In this document: positions 17,747-25,390 of the stretch, piece after piece | Numbering within the stretch: position 1 is the first letter of the stretch | How the letters are laid out: each line of letters opens with the position of its first letter | Source of the DNA: a virus | Taxonomy: Duplodnaviria > Caudoviricetes | Virus record (IMG/VR): IMGVR_UViG_3300009678_000059 | Coordinates: 1-64,000 of that record | Length of the DNA stretch: 64,000 bases | Direction: 5' to 3' (one strand) | Notes under the pieces: model-generated | The model's input: the letters and a program-made list of their open reading frames with translations, nothing else | Told to the model about the DNA's origin: nothing | The model's database searches: none | Made by a program: the position numbers and the translations under genes

Positions 17747-20214
17747 ATATAAACAGAAGATACAGACTGCTTTCGAGAGGAAAAAGCCCGTCAAAGGAAG
17801 CTATGAAGCGCACGTATAACCGCGCACTTCTTAATGGAGGTATTACTGTTGACTTCTCCGCAAACATTGAGAATATCAGGGAGATTTCGCGAAAACTCGG
17901 CTACAACGTATTATCAGATGCAACTTTTGTTTATGTTCCGTCAAGCTACGGTGAAAGTAAAAACTTTTCACAAAATCCTACTTTGAGGAATTTAGTTAAG
18001 TATAGTGAGGAGTTTGATAATGCGGCTTGGACTAAAGGCGGGGGAACAATAACGCCGAATGCGATAGCCAACCCTATTGATGGATTAGTAACGGCTGATT
18101 TATATACGGAAGACAGTATATCGTCGCAGAAATTAATAAATAGTAGTTCTATTTTACTAAAACCTAACACGAATTATATATATAGTATTTACTTAAAATA
18201 TAATGGTAGACAAACAGTACTAATTAACGCATCTGATGGGTTGGTTGGGAAAACTAGAACTTTTGATATTTTAAACGGCGTTATAATTGGGTCAAGTACT
18301 GATTGCAGTATTATTAGTGTTGCGGGGGGTTGGTACAAATGCACTATTACTAGGTTAATGGGGTCAACTGTAGGGGGCGGATTGTTATCAATGAATAACA
18401 GTACTTACGTTGGAAATGGAACTTCAGGGTTTTATATGTACGCTGCTCATGTTGAAGAGGGTATTATCTCAACAACCTACCAAAGAACAACAGACGCAAT
18501 ATCCGACTTCACATTTACAAGGGCTACAAGTTCAACAACTACAAATAAACTAGGGGTTATTGAGGATAGTTGTTATAATCTTTTGCAGAGGAGTGAGGAG
18601 GTTGATAATGCGGCTTGGGGTAAATTTCAGTCAACTATAACGCCAAACACTACGACAGCGCCAAATGGTACGGTAACAGCTGATAAATTAGTTGAGGATG
18701 TTTCAAATAATCGTCATTTTACCCGTCAAAACACTATAGGCAACGGAGGCTCATATACTTTCTCAATATTCCTAAAAGCGGCCGAAAGAAGTTTTGTCCG
18801 TTTTTGGGAGGACGTAAACACAGGCAAGCAGTGCTATTTTGACTTAACAAATGGGACAGCTAACAATAGCAGTATGGATAGCACAAATATTACTTCATAT
18901 CCTAATGGATGGTATTTATGCTCGGCAACAATAAATTCAGTAACTGGTAATTTTGGGTTTGCTGTAAATATAAGCACAAACGGAGTTACTACGTCCTATA
19001 CAGGCGATGGAGTTTCAGGTATTTATATATGGGGAGCTATGTTAAACGCAGGCTCAACACCTAGACCATACCTAAGAACAACCAACAGATTAAACGTTCC
19101 TTGTTTAGATTATAGCAGCCAGGCAAGAAGGAATCTTTTGAATTACAGTGAGGAGTTTGATAATGCGGCTTGGACTAAAGGTAATACTAGTATTGTAGCA
19201 AATGCGATAAATGATATAAACGGAAGTTTAACAGCGGATAAACTAAATGAAACAGCAACAACTGGAATACATTCAGCAAGTCAATCTGTCACAATATCAA
19301 GTGCGGGAACATATACTGTTTCTGTATATGTGAAAGCAGCAGAAAGAACTTTTTTCAGAATAGCAGATGCTGCGGTTACTTTTGGTGCTATATTTAATTT
19401 ATCTAGTGGGTCAGTCGTTTCAAACGCAGGGGCAAGTGTTATAAGCTCTGATATAGTCAGTAAAGCCGATGGGTGGTTTTTAGCGTCTGCAACTTTTAGC
19501 AGTACAACAGGTTCAAAAGGTTACTTTTTCGAAACTATGCCTAACGGTTCTACTATTAGCCATTTAGGTGTAGCCGGGAGCGGTGTATATATTTGTGGCG
19601 CACAGCTGGAATCAGGAAGCATGGTGACTCCTTACCAAAAGACCACGACACTTGTTTCTCCGACAAAGGACGAGCCTAGTTTAGCGATAGAGCCGCAATC
19701 TACTAACCTAGTTCTATGGAGTGAAGACTTTGACAATGCGGTATGGCTTAAAGGGAATTCAACCGCTACGGTCAACACTAATTTAAGTCCATTCGGCACA
19801 AATAAAAGTTATTATTTAAACGACAGTAATGCTCTTGGTGTGGCTCACTTTTTAGAGCAAACAAATAGTATCACTACAGCACTTCCTTATACCGCTAGTT
19901 TCTATGTGAAAAAAGCAACAGATACTTGGTGTCAATTTGCACTTGGTATAACAGCTTTTAGCGCAAATGTGTGGAAGAATTTTAATTTCGACACAGGACT
20001 GTTCGGGAATGGTGGCGCAACAGGGACTTGGACAGCTAAGAGTTTAGTTAATGGGTGGTGGATGATTACCGTAACAAGTAACTCTATAGCAACAGGTGTC
20101 AATGTATCGGTAAATATAATCGCTACAAACAACACTGACTCTGCGACTAGAGGATTGGCTTATACCGGAACAACTAGGAATTTTTGCGATGTATCAGCAA
20201 TACAATTTGAATAA
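17743..20214 (+). CDS. Head-spike/fibre protein, N-terminal part, with four NL..YSE(E/D)FDN modules
   Basis: Repeated NLxxxSEEFDNAAW...GAQLE modules. The ORF ends at QFE* in the middle of a conserved motif. Confidence 0.8.
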   Translation: MNINRRYRLLSRGKSPSKEAMKRTYNRALLNGGITVDFSANIENIREISRKLGYNVLSDATFVYVPSSYGESKNFSQNPTLRNLVKYSEEFDNAAWTKGGGTITPNAIANPIDGLVTADLYTEDSISSQKLINSSSILLKPNTNYIYSIYLKYNGRQTVLINASDGLVGKTRTFDILNGVIIGSSTDCSIISVAGGWYKCTITRLMGSTVGGGLLSMNNSTYVGNGTSGFYMYAAHVEEGIISTTYQRTTDAISDFTFTRATSSTTTNKLGVIEDSCYNLLQRSEEVDNAAWGKFQSTITPNTTTAPNGTVTADKLVEDVSNNRHFTRQNTIGNGGSYTFSIFLKAAERSFVRFWEDVNTGKQCYFDLTNGTANNSSMDSTNITSYPNGWYLCSATINSVTGNFGFAVNISTNGVTTSYTGDGVSGIYIWGAMLNAGSTPRPYLRTTNRLNVPCLDYSSQARRNLLNYSEEFDNAAWTKGNTSIVANAINDINGSLTADKLNETATTGIHSASQSVTISSAGTYTVSVYVKAAERTFFRIADAAVTFGAIFNLSSGSVVSNAGASVISSDIVSKADGWFLASATFSSTTGSKGYFFETMPNGSTISHLGVAGSGVYICGAQLESGSMVTPYQKTTTLVSPTKDEPSLAIEPQSTNLVLWSEDFDNAVWLKGNSTATVNTNLSPFGTNKSYYLNDSNALGVAHFLEQTNSITTALPYTASFYVKKATDTWCQFALGITAFSANVWKNFNFDTGLFGNGGATGTWTAKSLVNGWWMITVTSNSIATGVNVSVNIIATNNTDSATRGLAYTGTTRNFCDVSAIQFE
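18004..19181 (+). repeat. Near-identical 27-35 bp anchors at module starts
   Basis: AGTGAGGAGTTTGATAATGCGGCTTGGACTAAAGG is identical at 18004-18038 and 19147-19181; a one-mismatch 27-mer lies at 18592-18618. Confidence 0.85.
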
Positions 20215-20266
20215 CGCAACTATGATTTACCCAACGAAAATCGTTATATTTGTAAAAAAAACAGAT

Positions 20267-20791
20267 ATGGAGGATTGGAAGTTCGTGAATGAATCTTATG
20301 AGATTAGTTCTAAAGGAAAATTAAGAAAAGGCAATTTTATACTTAAAGGCAGTATAAAGAAAACAGGATACTTAGAATATTCAATGAGTGTAAAAGGAAA
20401 ACGTATTTATGCATTAGCTCAAAGATTAGTAGCTATTCATTTTATCCCAAATCCGGAAAACAAACCCGAAGTGAATCACATTGATTTCGATACGTTAAAC
20501 AACGAAAAATCAAATTTAGAATGGAGTACTCGATTGGAAAACATAAGACATTCAAGAAGAAACGAAAGGTATCCTAAAAATATTTCTAAAAGAAGTGTTG
20601 ATACTTTGAGAAAAGACAAGGATGCTAAAAGACACAAAATGAAGCCAGTAGCTAACGATATAGGGGAGATTTTTGAGAGTGTAAAAGAGGCTGAGAGAAA
20701 ATACAAAAACGGAAATATTCATACTGCCATAAAAAAGGGATGGAGCTGTGCGGGAATGAAATGGAAGCATATTAACAACGAAAATAATTAA
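20267..20791 (+). CDS. NUMOD4-HNH homing endonuclease inserted inside the fibre gene
   Basis: EDWK.V..YEISSKG (NUMOD4) and QRLVAIHFIPNPENKPEVNHID...NLEW; own TATATTTG promoter at 20245-20252. Confidence 0.92.
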   Translation: MEDWKFVNESYEISSKGKLRKGNFILKGSIKKTGYLEYSMSVKGKRIYALAQRLVAIHFIPNPENKPEVNHIDFDTLNNEKSNLEWSTRLENIRHSRRNERYPKNISKRSVDTLRKDKDAKRHKMKPVANDIGEIFESVKEAERKYKNGNIHTAIKKGWSCAGMKWKHINNENN

Positions 20792-20793
20792 CT

Positions 20794-21291
20794 ATGGCAA
20801 GAAATTCAGCCACAAGCTACATAAAAACAACTACAGCAACAGTAACGCGAAACGCTGAACTTTCTTTTGTTGATTTGTTTAATAACAATATGCTAAACCA
20901 AAATAATTTTACTTTGTTTGTTGAGGGGTATAGTTATAATGGATTTAACTCTGATGGATGCGTGTTTTTAGCTAATGCAACGGGGGGCTTCACTTCTTCG
21001 GCTGACTGTATTGGTTTTTGGAATGGTGTTTCGGCATTATGGAGGGATACTTCTGTTACTAACGTTATCAATTCTGTTTTAACAGGTTCTTTTAAATTTG
21101 TAGTACAAAGAAGTGGTACTACTGTTAGGTTTTTTAGAAACGGGGTACAGTTTGGAACTACTCAAACTATAACTGTTGCGAATTATAGATATTTAAATGT
21201 AAATCATGGCGGTTCAACTTACGCAGTAGATAAAATATTTTTGTTTAACCGCACTTTGAGCGACGCGGATTGCGTTTTGCTTACAACATAA
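20794..21291 (+). CDS. C-terminal part of the split fibre protein (LamG/ConA-like end)
   Basis: Begins (M)ARNSATSYIKTTTATVTRNA, the continuation of the QFE motif; ends FNRTLSDADCVLLTT. Confidence 0.8.
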   Translation: MARNSATSYIKTTTATVTRNAELSFVDLFNNNMLNQNNFTLFVEGYSYNGFNSDGCVFLANATGGFTSSADCIGFWNGVSALWRDTSVTNVINSVLTGSFKFVVQRSGTTVRFFRNGVQFGTTQTITVANYRYLNVNHGGSTYAVDKIFLFNRTLSDADCVLLTT

Positions 21292-21317
21292 ATTTTAAAA
21301 CAACAACTAACTATAAC

Positions 21318-22016
21318 ATGAGATTAAAAGCGCAGAAAAATGAATTCTATGTTTACCTGCATACAAAAGAAGACGGAACCCCTTTTTATGTAGGTAAAGG
21401 CAAGGGCAAAAGAGCTTTTCAAAAATATGGCAGAAGCTCTTGGTGGAACAGGACATTTGCTAAATACGGACTTGACGTCATTTTTCTTGAAGAAAACTTA
21501 CCGGAAGAAAAAGCAATTGAATCAGAAATATATTGGATAAAGCGAATAGGAAGGCTAGACTTAAAACAAGGCGTATTAGTTAATCAAACAGGCGGCGGAG
21601 ACAAGGGTACAACTGGACGTCTGAACACTGAAGAATATAAAGAGAAAATGAGGAAGGTGAATTTAGGTAATAAATACAACTTAGGTAAAACACATTCTTT
21701 AGAAACTAAAGCAAAAATATCATTATCTCAAAAAGGAAGAAAAACATCTAAAGCGACTAAATTAAAATTAAGAAAAGCTATGTTAGGTGAAAAAAATCAC
21801 ATGTTTGGCAAAAAGATGTCCAATGAAGCAATACGCAAAAGAAGTATTAGCAGGTCAGGAGAGACTAGAGAGAGAATTATTGTCCTAGATAGTGAAACAG
21901 GGGTTTTTTACACATCTGTAAGAGACGCCTCTAAATACTACGACATGAAATTCTCTACTCTGTACAACCAGCTTATAGGTGTAAACAGAAATAAAACTAA
22001 CCTAATAATAGTGTAA
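21318..22016 (+). CDS. GIY-YIG homing endonuclease with NUMOD3/NUMOD1-type repeats
   Basis: FYVYLH...PFYVGKGKG.R, ESEIYWI, N.TGGG, HSLETKAKISLS, GEKNHMFGKK. Confidence 0.92.
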   Translation: MRLKAQKNEFYVYLHTKEDGTPFYVGKGKGKRAFQKYGRSSWWNRTFAKYGLDVIFLEENLPEEKAIESEIYWIKRIGRLDLKQGVLVNQTGGGDKGTTGRLNTEEYKEKMRKVNLGNKYNLGKTHSLETKAKISLSQKGRKTSKATKLKLRKAMLGEKNHMFGKKMSNEAIRKRSISRSGETRERIIVLDSETGVFYTSVRDASKYYDMKFSTLYNQLIGVNRNKTNLIIV

Positions 22017-22019
22017 ATT

Positions 22020-22646
22020 ATGAAATTGTATGCACAGCAATACACCAGCCCTCTGCCGACAGAGGACAAATTCGAAAACGTATTTATTGAGGACACTGGA
22101 TTTTCCGTAAAGAGAAACGACAAGTACTTTTCCACGACATTCGAGATGTACCACCTAAAGAACGGAAACAGAATCACCTTGGACACGTTTACGCTTCAGT
22201 TCCTTGGTGTGGACGGAGATTCAGCAACCACAAACAGGACTACGGTGATGTCGATTCCGAATCCGGATTACGAGGCTATGGTCGCGGCAATTCCGACAGA
22301 AGTGACGATTTCTAATCCAGACTATGAATCTGATGTTGACGGTTCTCAGGAATTCATTACAATCACGAACCCTGATTATGAGCAAATGCTGGCAAATGTC
22401 CCTGTGAGAATCAATACTCCTATGATAAATTACCTGATAGAACACCAGGGAGTGATGCCGGAAGACTACACTATGGTTGATTACGGCTATCCGAACTACA
22501 CTGCGGTAATGCCGAACTTTGACGGCGGCACTCTGACTTCTCCTGAGCTTTTCCTGAATAATGACTTTGCTAAGGCTTGGTTCCTGGAAAACGTCTTCAT
22601 GAAAGGCGAGAAAGTAGGATTGCAGTTCCAATTCGTTACAGAATAG
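22020..22646 (+). CDS. Hypothetical virion-associated protein
   Basis: 208 aa with three (S/T)I(P/S/T)NPDY repeats. Confidence 0.7.
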   Translation: MKLYAQQYTSPLPTEDKFENVFIEDTGFSVKRNDKYFSTTFEMYHLKNGNRITLDTFTLQFLGVDGDSATTNRTTVMSIPNPDYEAMVAAIPTEVTISNPDYESDVDGSQEFITITNPDYEQMLANVPVRINTPMINYLIEHQGVMPEDYTMVDYGYPNYTAVMPNFDGGTLTSPELFLNNDFAKAWFLENVFMKGEKVGLQFQFVTE

Positions 22647-23068
22647 TGGTTACGGCATTACTGCTTGTGGCACTGTCCCTGGTGATTATATTTTCGCCGG
22701 GGATAGTCCTGTCACTGATAGCCCCGTTCCTGTTTGCTTTGATGTCTCTGCCAAATCTCCTTGTGATACTCGTGAAGAACTACAATGTACACAGCTTCCG
22801 GAAGACGGTGAACAGGTATTCCATGCAGTCTGCGGTAAACGTGGACAAGTTCGGGAACAACAATCTGAGTCCGTTGCTGAACGCATTTCTGATAAAAAAT
22901 GACGGTTACAGGTTTGGCGATCCGCAGGAAACAATATCTTCGGTGCTTGGGAGAAACCAATTTTCGAAAACATTAACAGTAATTGGCAAGATAATCGTAG
23001 TTTTACTCTACGTAATCGACGTGCAGTACTGGTTTAAGGGCGGACACTGCCTTAACAGCATAAAATAA
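22646..23068 (+). CDS. Membrane protein of a recurrent Flavobacteria phage family
   Basis: N-terminal TM segments; VDKFGN...FG...ETISSVLGRN...HC motif. GTG start inferred. Confidence 0.65.
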   Translation: MVTALLLVALSLVIIFSPGIVLSLIAPFLFALMSLPNLLVILVKNYNVHSFRKTVNRYSMQSAVNVDKFGNNNLSPLLNAFLIKNDGYRFGDPQETISSVLGRNQFSKTLTVIGKIIVVLLYVIDVQYWFKGGHCLNSIK

Positions 23069-23077
23069 ATCAATCAA

Positions 23078-23291
23078 ATAAAACAAACAGCTTTAGAATA
23101 CGCGAGAGAGTTATTCAGTAAATTCGACACTGAGGGATACTGCAGTTCATTTTCAGGTAACAAAAGAAGTAATGGAGACTGTATTGAACGAGCTGATGGC
23201 GGAAACCAATAATATCGGATTTTACCTAGAAGTAAAAAGAGAACTGGACACGGTAATTGAGGAAAAAATAAAAGAAGGGCCTGGATATTAA
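23078..23291 (+). pseudogene. Probable frameshifted small gene
   Basis: IKQTALEYARELFSKF in one frame continues as AVHFQVTKEVMETVLNEL...FYLEVKRELD in another; no ATG for the first part. Confidence 0.35.
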
Positions 23292-23303
23292 AAAACATAA
23301 AAC

Positions 23304-23540
23304 ATGAACGGAAAAATAAAGAGAATTTCGATAGGGGTGGAAGTGCCGAAACAATTTCATTATGGCTGTAACTCAGTGTTCCCTATATACATAGACAATA
23401 AGCGCATTGAGACCGTGATAAACAATATAGAAGAAACTGAGAAGTTCTACTTTATTTACGCAAAATACGACGGAGAGGTGCATCTTTGGAAGAAGATAGG
23501 CAAACACGAATATATTTCTGTAGAATATTTTATAGACTAA
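23304..23540 (+). CDS. Conserved small protein preceding the GroES-like gene
   Basis: IKRISIG...HY...WKKI....ISVEY pattern typical of this phage group (recalled, not searched). Confidence 0.7.
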   Translation: MNGKIKRISIGVEVPKQFHYGCNSVFPIYIDNKRIETVINNIEETEKFYFIYAKYDGEVHLWKKIGKHEYISVEYFID

Positions 23541-23571
23541 ATCTCACTAAAAGTATCAATTAAATTAATCA

Positions 23572-24141
23572 ATGGAATCAAATATTAAAAGTCCGTACAA
23601 ATTCATCGTAAGCCCACACGGAGGACAGTACGTAGACACAAAGAACGTGGACGGAGTTGAATTAGTGGTAAACACCTCTATAGAAAACGCGGAAGATGTA
23701 CAAAGAATAGCAGTCGTGAAATCTGTGCCGATAGGCTATAAAGGGGATATTCGCGCCGGAGATTTGGTCGTTATTCAGCATAACTGTTTTAGAGTCACAT
23801 TCGACGACAGCGGGATTCCGAGACAATCTGACAATCACATCAAGGATAATCTTTTTGGCATCACAGCGGACATAATCTACATGATAATCAGGGACGGTGA
23901 GAAGATAGCGCCGGATGATTCAATGTTTATAGAGCCTATCATTACGTACGATGAGTGGCATGGATATAAAGCGATGGATAATATCGGAATCGCTCGCTAT
24001 GTAAACAACGACATGAAAGCGCAGGGAATAAATCCGGGAGACAAAATCGCTTTCAAGAGCTATTCGAATTACGAGTTTGAGATTTTTGGCGAGAAACTCT
24101 GGCTAATGAAAAACAGAAGGGTTACTGCTAAATTGGAATAA
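23572..24141 (+). CDS. Tandem GroES-like co-chaperonin domain protein
   Basis: Two GroES-like halves: VKSVP...IRAGDLVV and GINPGDKIAF..YEFEIFGEKLWLM. Confidence 0.65.
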   Translation: MESNIKSPYKFIVSPHGGQYVDTKNVDGVELVVNTSIENAEDVQRIAVVKSVPIGYKGDIRAGDLVVIQHNCFRVTFDDSGIPRQSDNHIKDNLFGITADIIYMIIRDGEKIAPDDSMFIEPIITYDEWHGYKAMDNIGIARYVNNDMKAQGINPGDKIAFKSYSNYEFEIFGEKLWLMKNRRVTAKLE

Positions 24142-24143
24142 AC

Positions 24144-24179
24144 AAAAAACCCGCTTCTTACGAGGCGGGTTTTTCTTTT
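24144..24179. terminator. Bidirectional terminator
   Basis: AAAAAACCCGC-TTCTTACGAG-GCGGGTTTTT. Confidence 0.85.
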
Positions 24180-24196
24180 CCTGAACACTTCAAATA

Positions 24197-24526
24197 TTAG
24201 TTGTGGATAATATTGAAGTGAACTTTTGCTACCGCATTCAATGCGACAGTCGGGTGTACGTTTGTGATTGTTACAGAAAACGATCCTCTTGCCTGATCCT
24301 GAATTCTAACAATAGGCGCCCCAGCACCTGCGTACTGTAAAGCTACTTGGATTTCAGTAATCCTTTGGCATTTTGTGTTGTTGATTGTAAATGTTGTTGA
24401 TGCTCCTGCTGCCGCCGTTGTAAGCGCGAAAGTAGTGATAACTCCTTCGTAAGCGTTTGCTCGAACAGCTGTGGATACAGAAGTAATCTGTGTAACATTT
24501 TTAATCCTGCCGTTGTTAAGTGCCAT
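24197..24526 (-). CDS. Small beta-rich protein, probable virion decoration or fibre
   Basis: Ala/Thr/Val-rich, 109 aa, inverted relative to the structural module. Confidence 0.6.
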   Translation of the reverse strand: MALNNGRIKNVTQITSVSTAVRANAYEGVITTFALTTAAAGASTTFTINNTKCQRITEIQVALQYAGAGAPIVRIQDQARGSFSVTITNVHPTVALNAVAKVHFNIIHN

Positions 24527-24576
24527 GTGTTTATGGTTTTAGTGTGTTAATATTATGTAAAAGTAATACTTTTTAT

Positions 24577-25236
24577 TTATATATGCTTCCATAGCTTACG
24601 ACTTAATATGCAGCTTATCGTATCTCTATCGACTCCATATATCTCTGCTATTTCTCGTTGAAACATATTTTTTCCTATAGCCCTGATTTCAAGCACCTGT
24701 TCTTCTGTTAATTTCGCTCCACCATGCTTTGATCCTTTTTGCGGTTTTAGCAATCCAGTATCGCATGCGTGTTGTATGTTTTCAGCAGTTGTACACCATT
24801 CTAAATTGTCCTTACGATTATCCCACTTGATTCCGTTTTTATGATTGACAAATGGTTTATTTTCAGGATTCGGTATAAAGTGTAAAGCAACTAAACGGTG
24901 TACCATAAATCTTTCTTTTTCTGAATCTTTATGTAGAGCCACAGATAAATAACCGTCTTCCATTTTTGAAAGATGCAGCCTTCGAGGAAATACGTAAATA
25001 TAGCTTTTCACGCCTCCTGCATCACTAATGTCATAAATGCCTTCATATCCGACAATCCTTGTCCATTCTTCTCCCTCGACATCAGAGGGCGGAATTGTTG
25101 TGTACTTAGCAAGAGATTTAGCTTTACACTTCTTACATTTTGCACGAAATCTAATGATTCCATTTTTAAGTTTATCCATTGGAAATAGCTCCAATGGTTT
25201 TATCTCGTTGCAAGTATTGCATTTTTTTATCTCCAT
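24577..25236 (-). CDS. Zn-ribbon/NUMOD4-HNH homing endonuclease
   Basis: CxxC...CxxC, EEW..IVGYEG.Y, HRLVALHFIPNPENKPFVNHKNG...NLEWCT, C-terminal HTH; start at the ATG after the leader. Confidence 0.92.
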   Translation of the reverse strand: MEIKKCNTCNEIKPLELFPMDKLKNGIIRFRAKCKKCKAKSLAKYTTIPPSDVEGEEWTRIVGYEGIYDISDAGGVKSYIYVFPRRLHLSKMEDGYLSVALHKDSEKERFMVHRLVALHFIPNPENKPFVNHKNGIKWDNRKDNLEWCTTAENIQHACDTGLLKPQKGSKHGGAKLTEEQVLEIRAIGKNMFQREIAEIYGVDRDTISCILSRKLWKHI

Positions 25237-25335
25237 AAAATAGAAAAACCCGTAAATCAAGAGGTCGTAGTCTCTATCCTTACGGGAATTCAAATGATGT
25301 TTTTATTTCGGCTACGACTCCGAACTGCAAATATA
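25237..25335 (-). promoter_or_regulatory. Kissing-loop leader copy 2
   Basis: Read on -: TATATTTG; TTCGG-AGTCGTAG-CCGAA; CCCGTAA..AGAG-ACTACGAC-CTCT..TTACGGG-TTTTT; ATG. Confidence 0.85.
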
Positions 25336-25350
25336 CTCACAATTATTCGT

Positions 25351-25358
25351 TATTTTTG
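25351..25358 (+). promoter_or_regulatory. -7 promoter element of the terminase gene
   Basis: TATTTTTG, 15 bp from the divergent leader promoter. Confidence 0.65.
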
Positions 25359-25390
25359 TCTTAAATGTAATTTGAATTAAATCTAAATAA

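Noticed and set aside
17743-20214. Diversity-generating retroelement (template/variable repeat)
   Set aside because: No reverse transcriptase in the window; repeats are short anchors without adenine-specific mismatches.
20212-20796. Group I intron or ribosomal hop across the HNH insert
   Set aside because: Only ~55 nt 5' and 5 nt 3' lie outside the HNH ORF, no P7 core elements were seen, and there is no in-frame matching landing codon; 585 nt is far longer than known bypasses.
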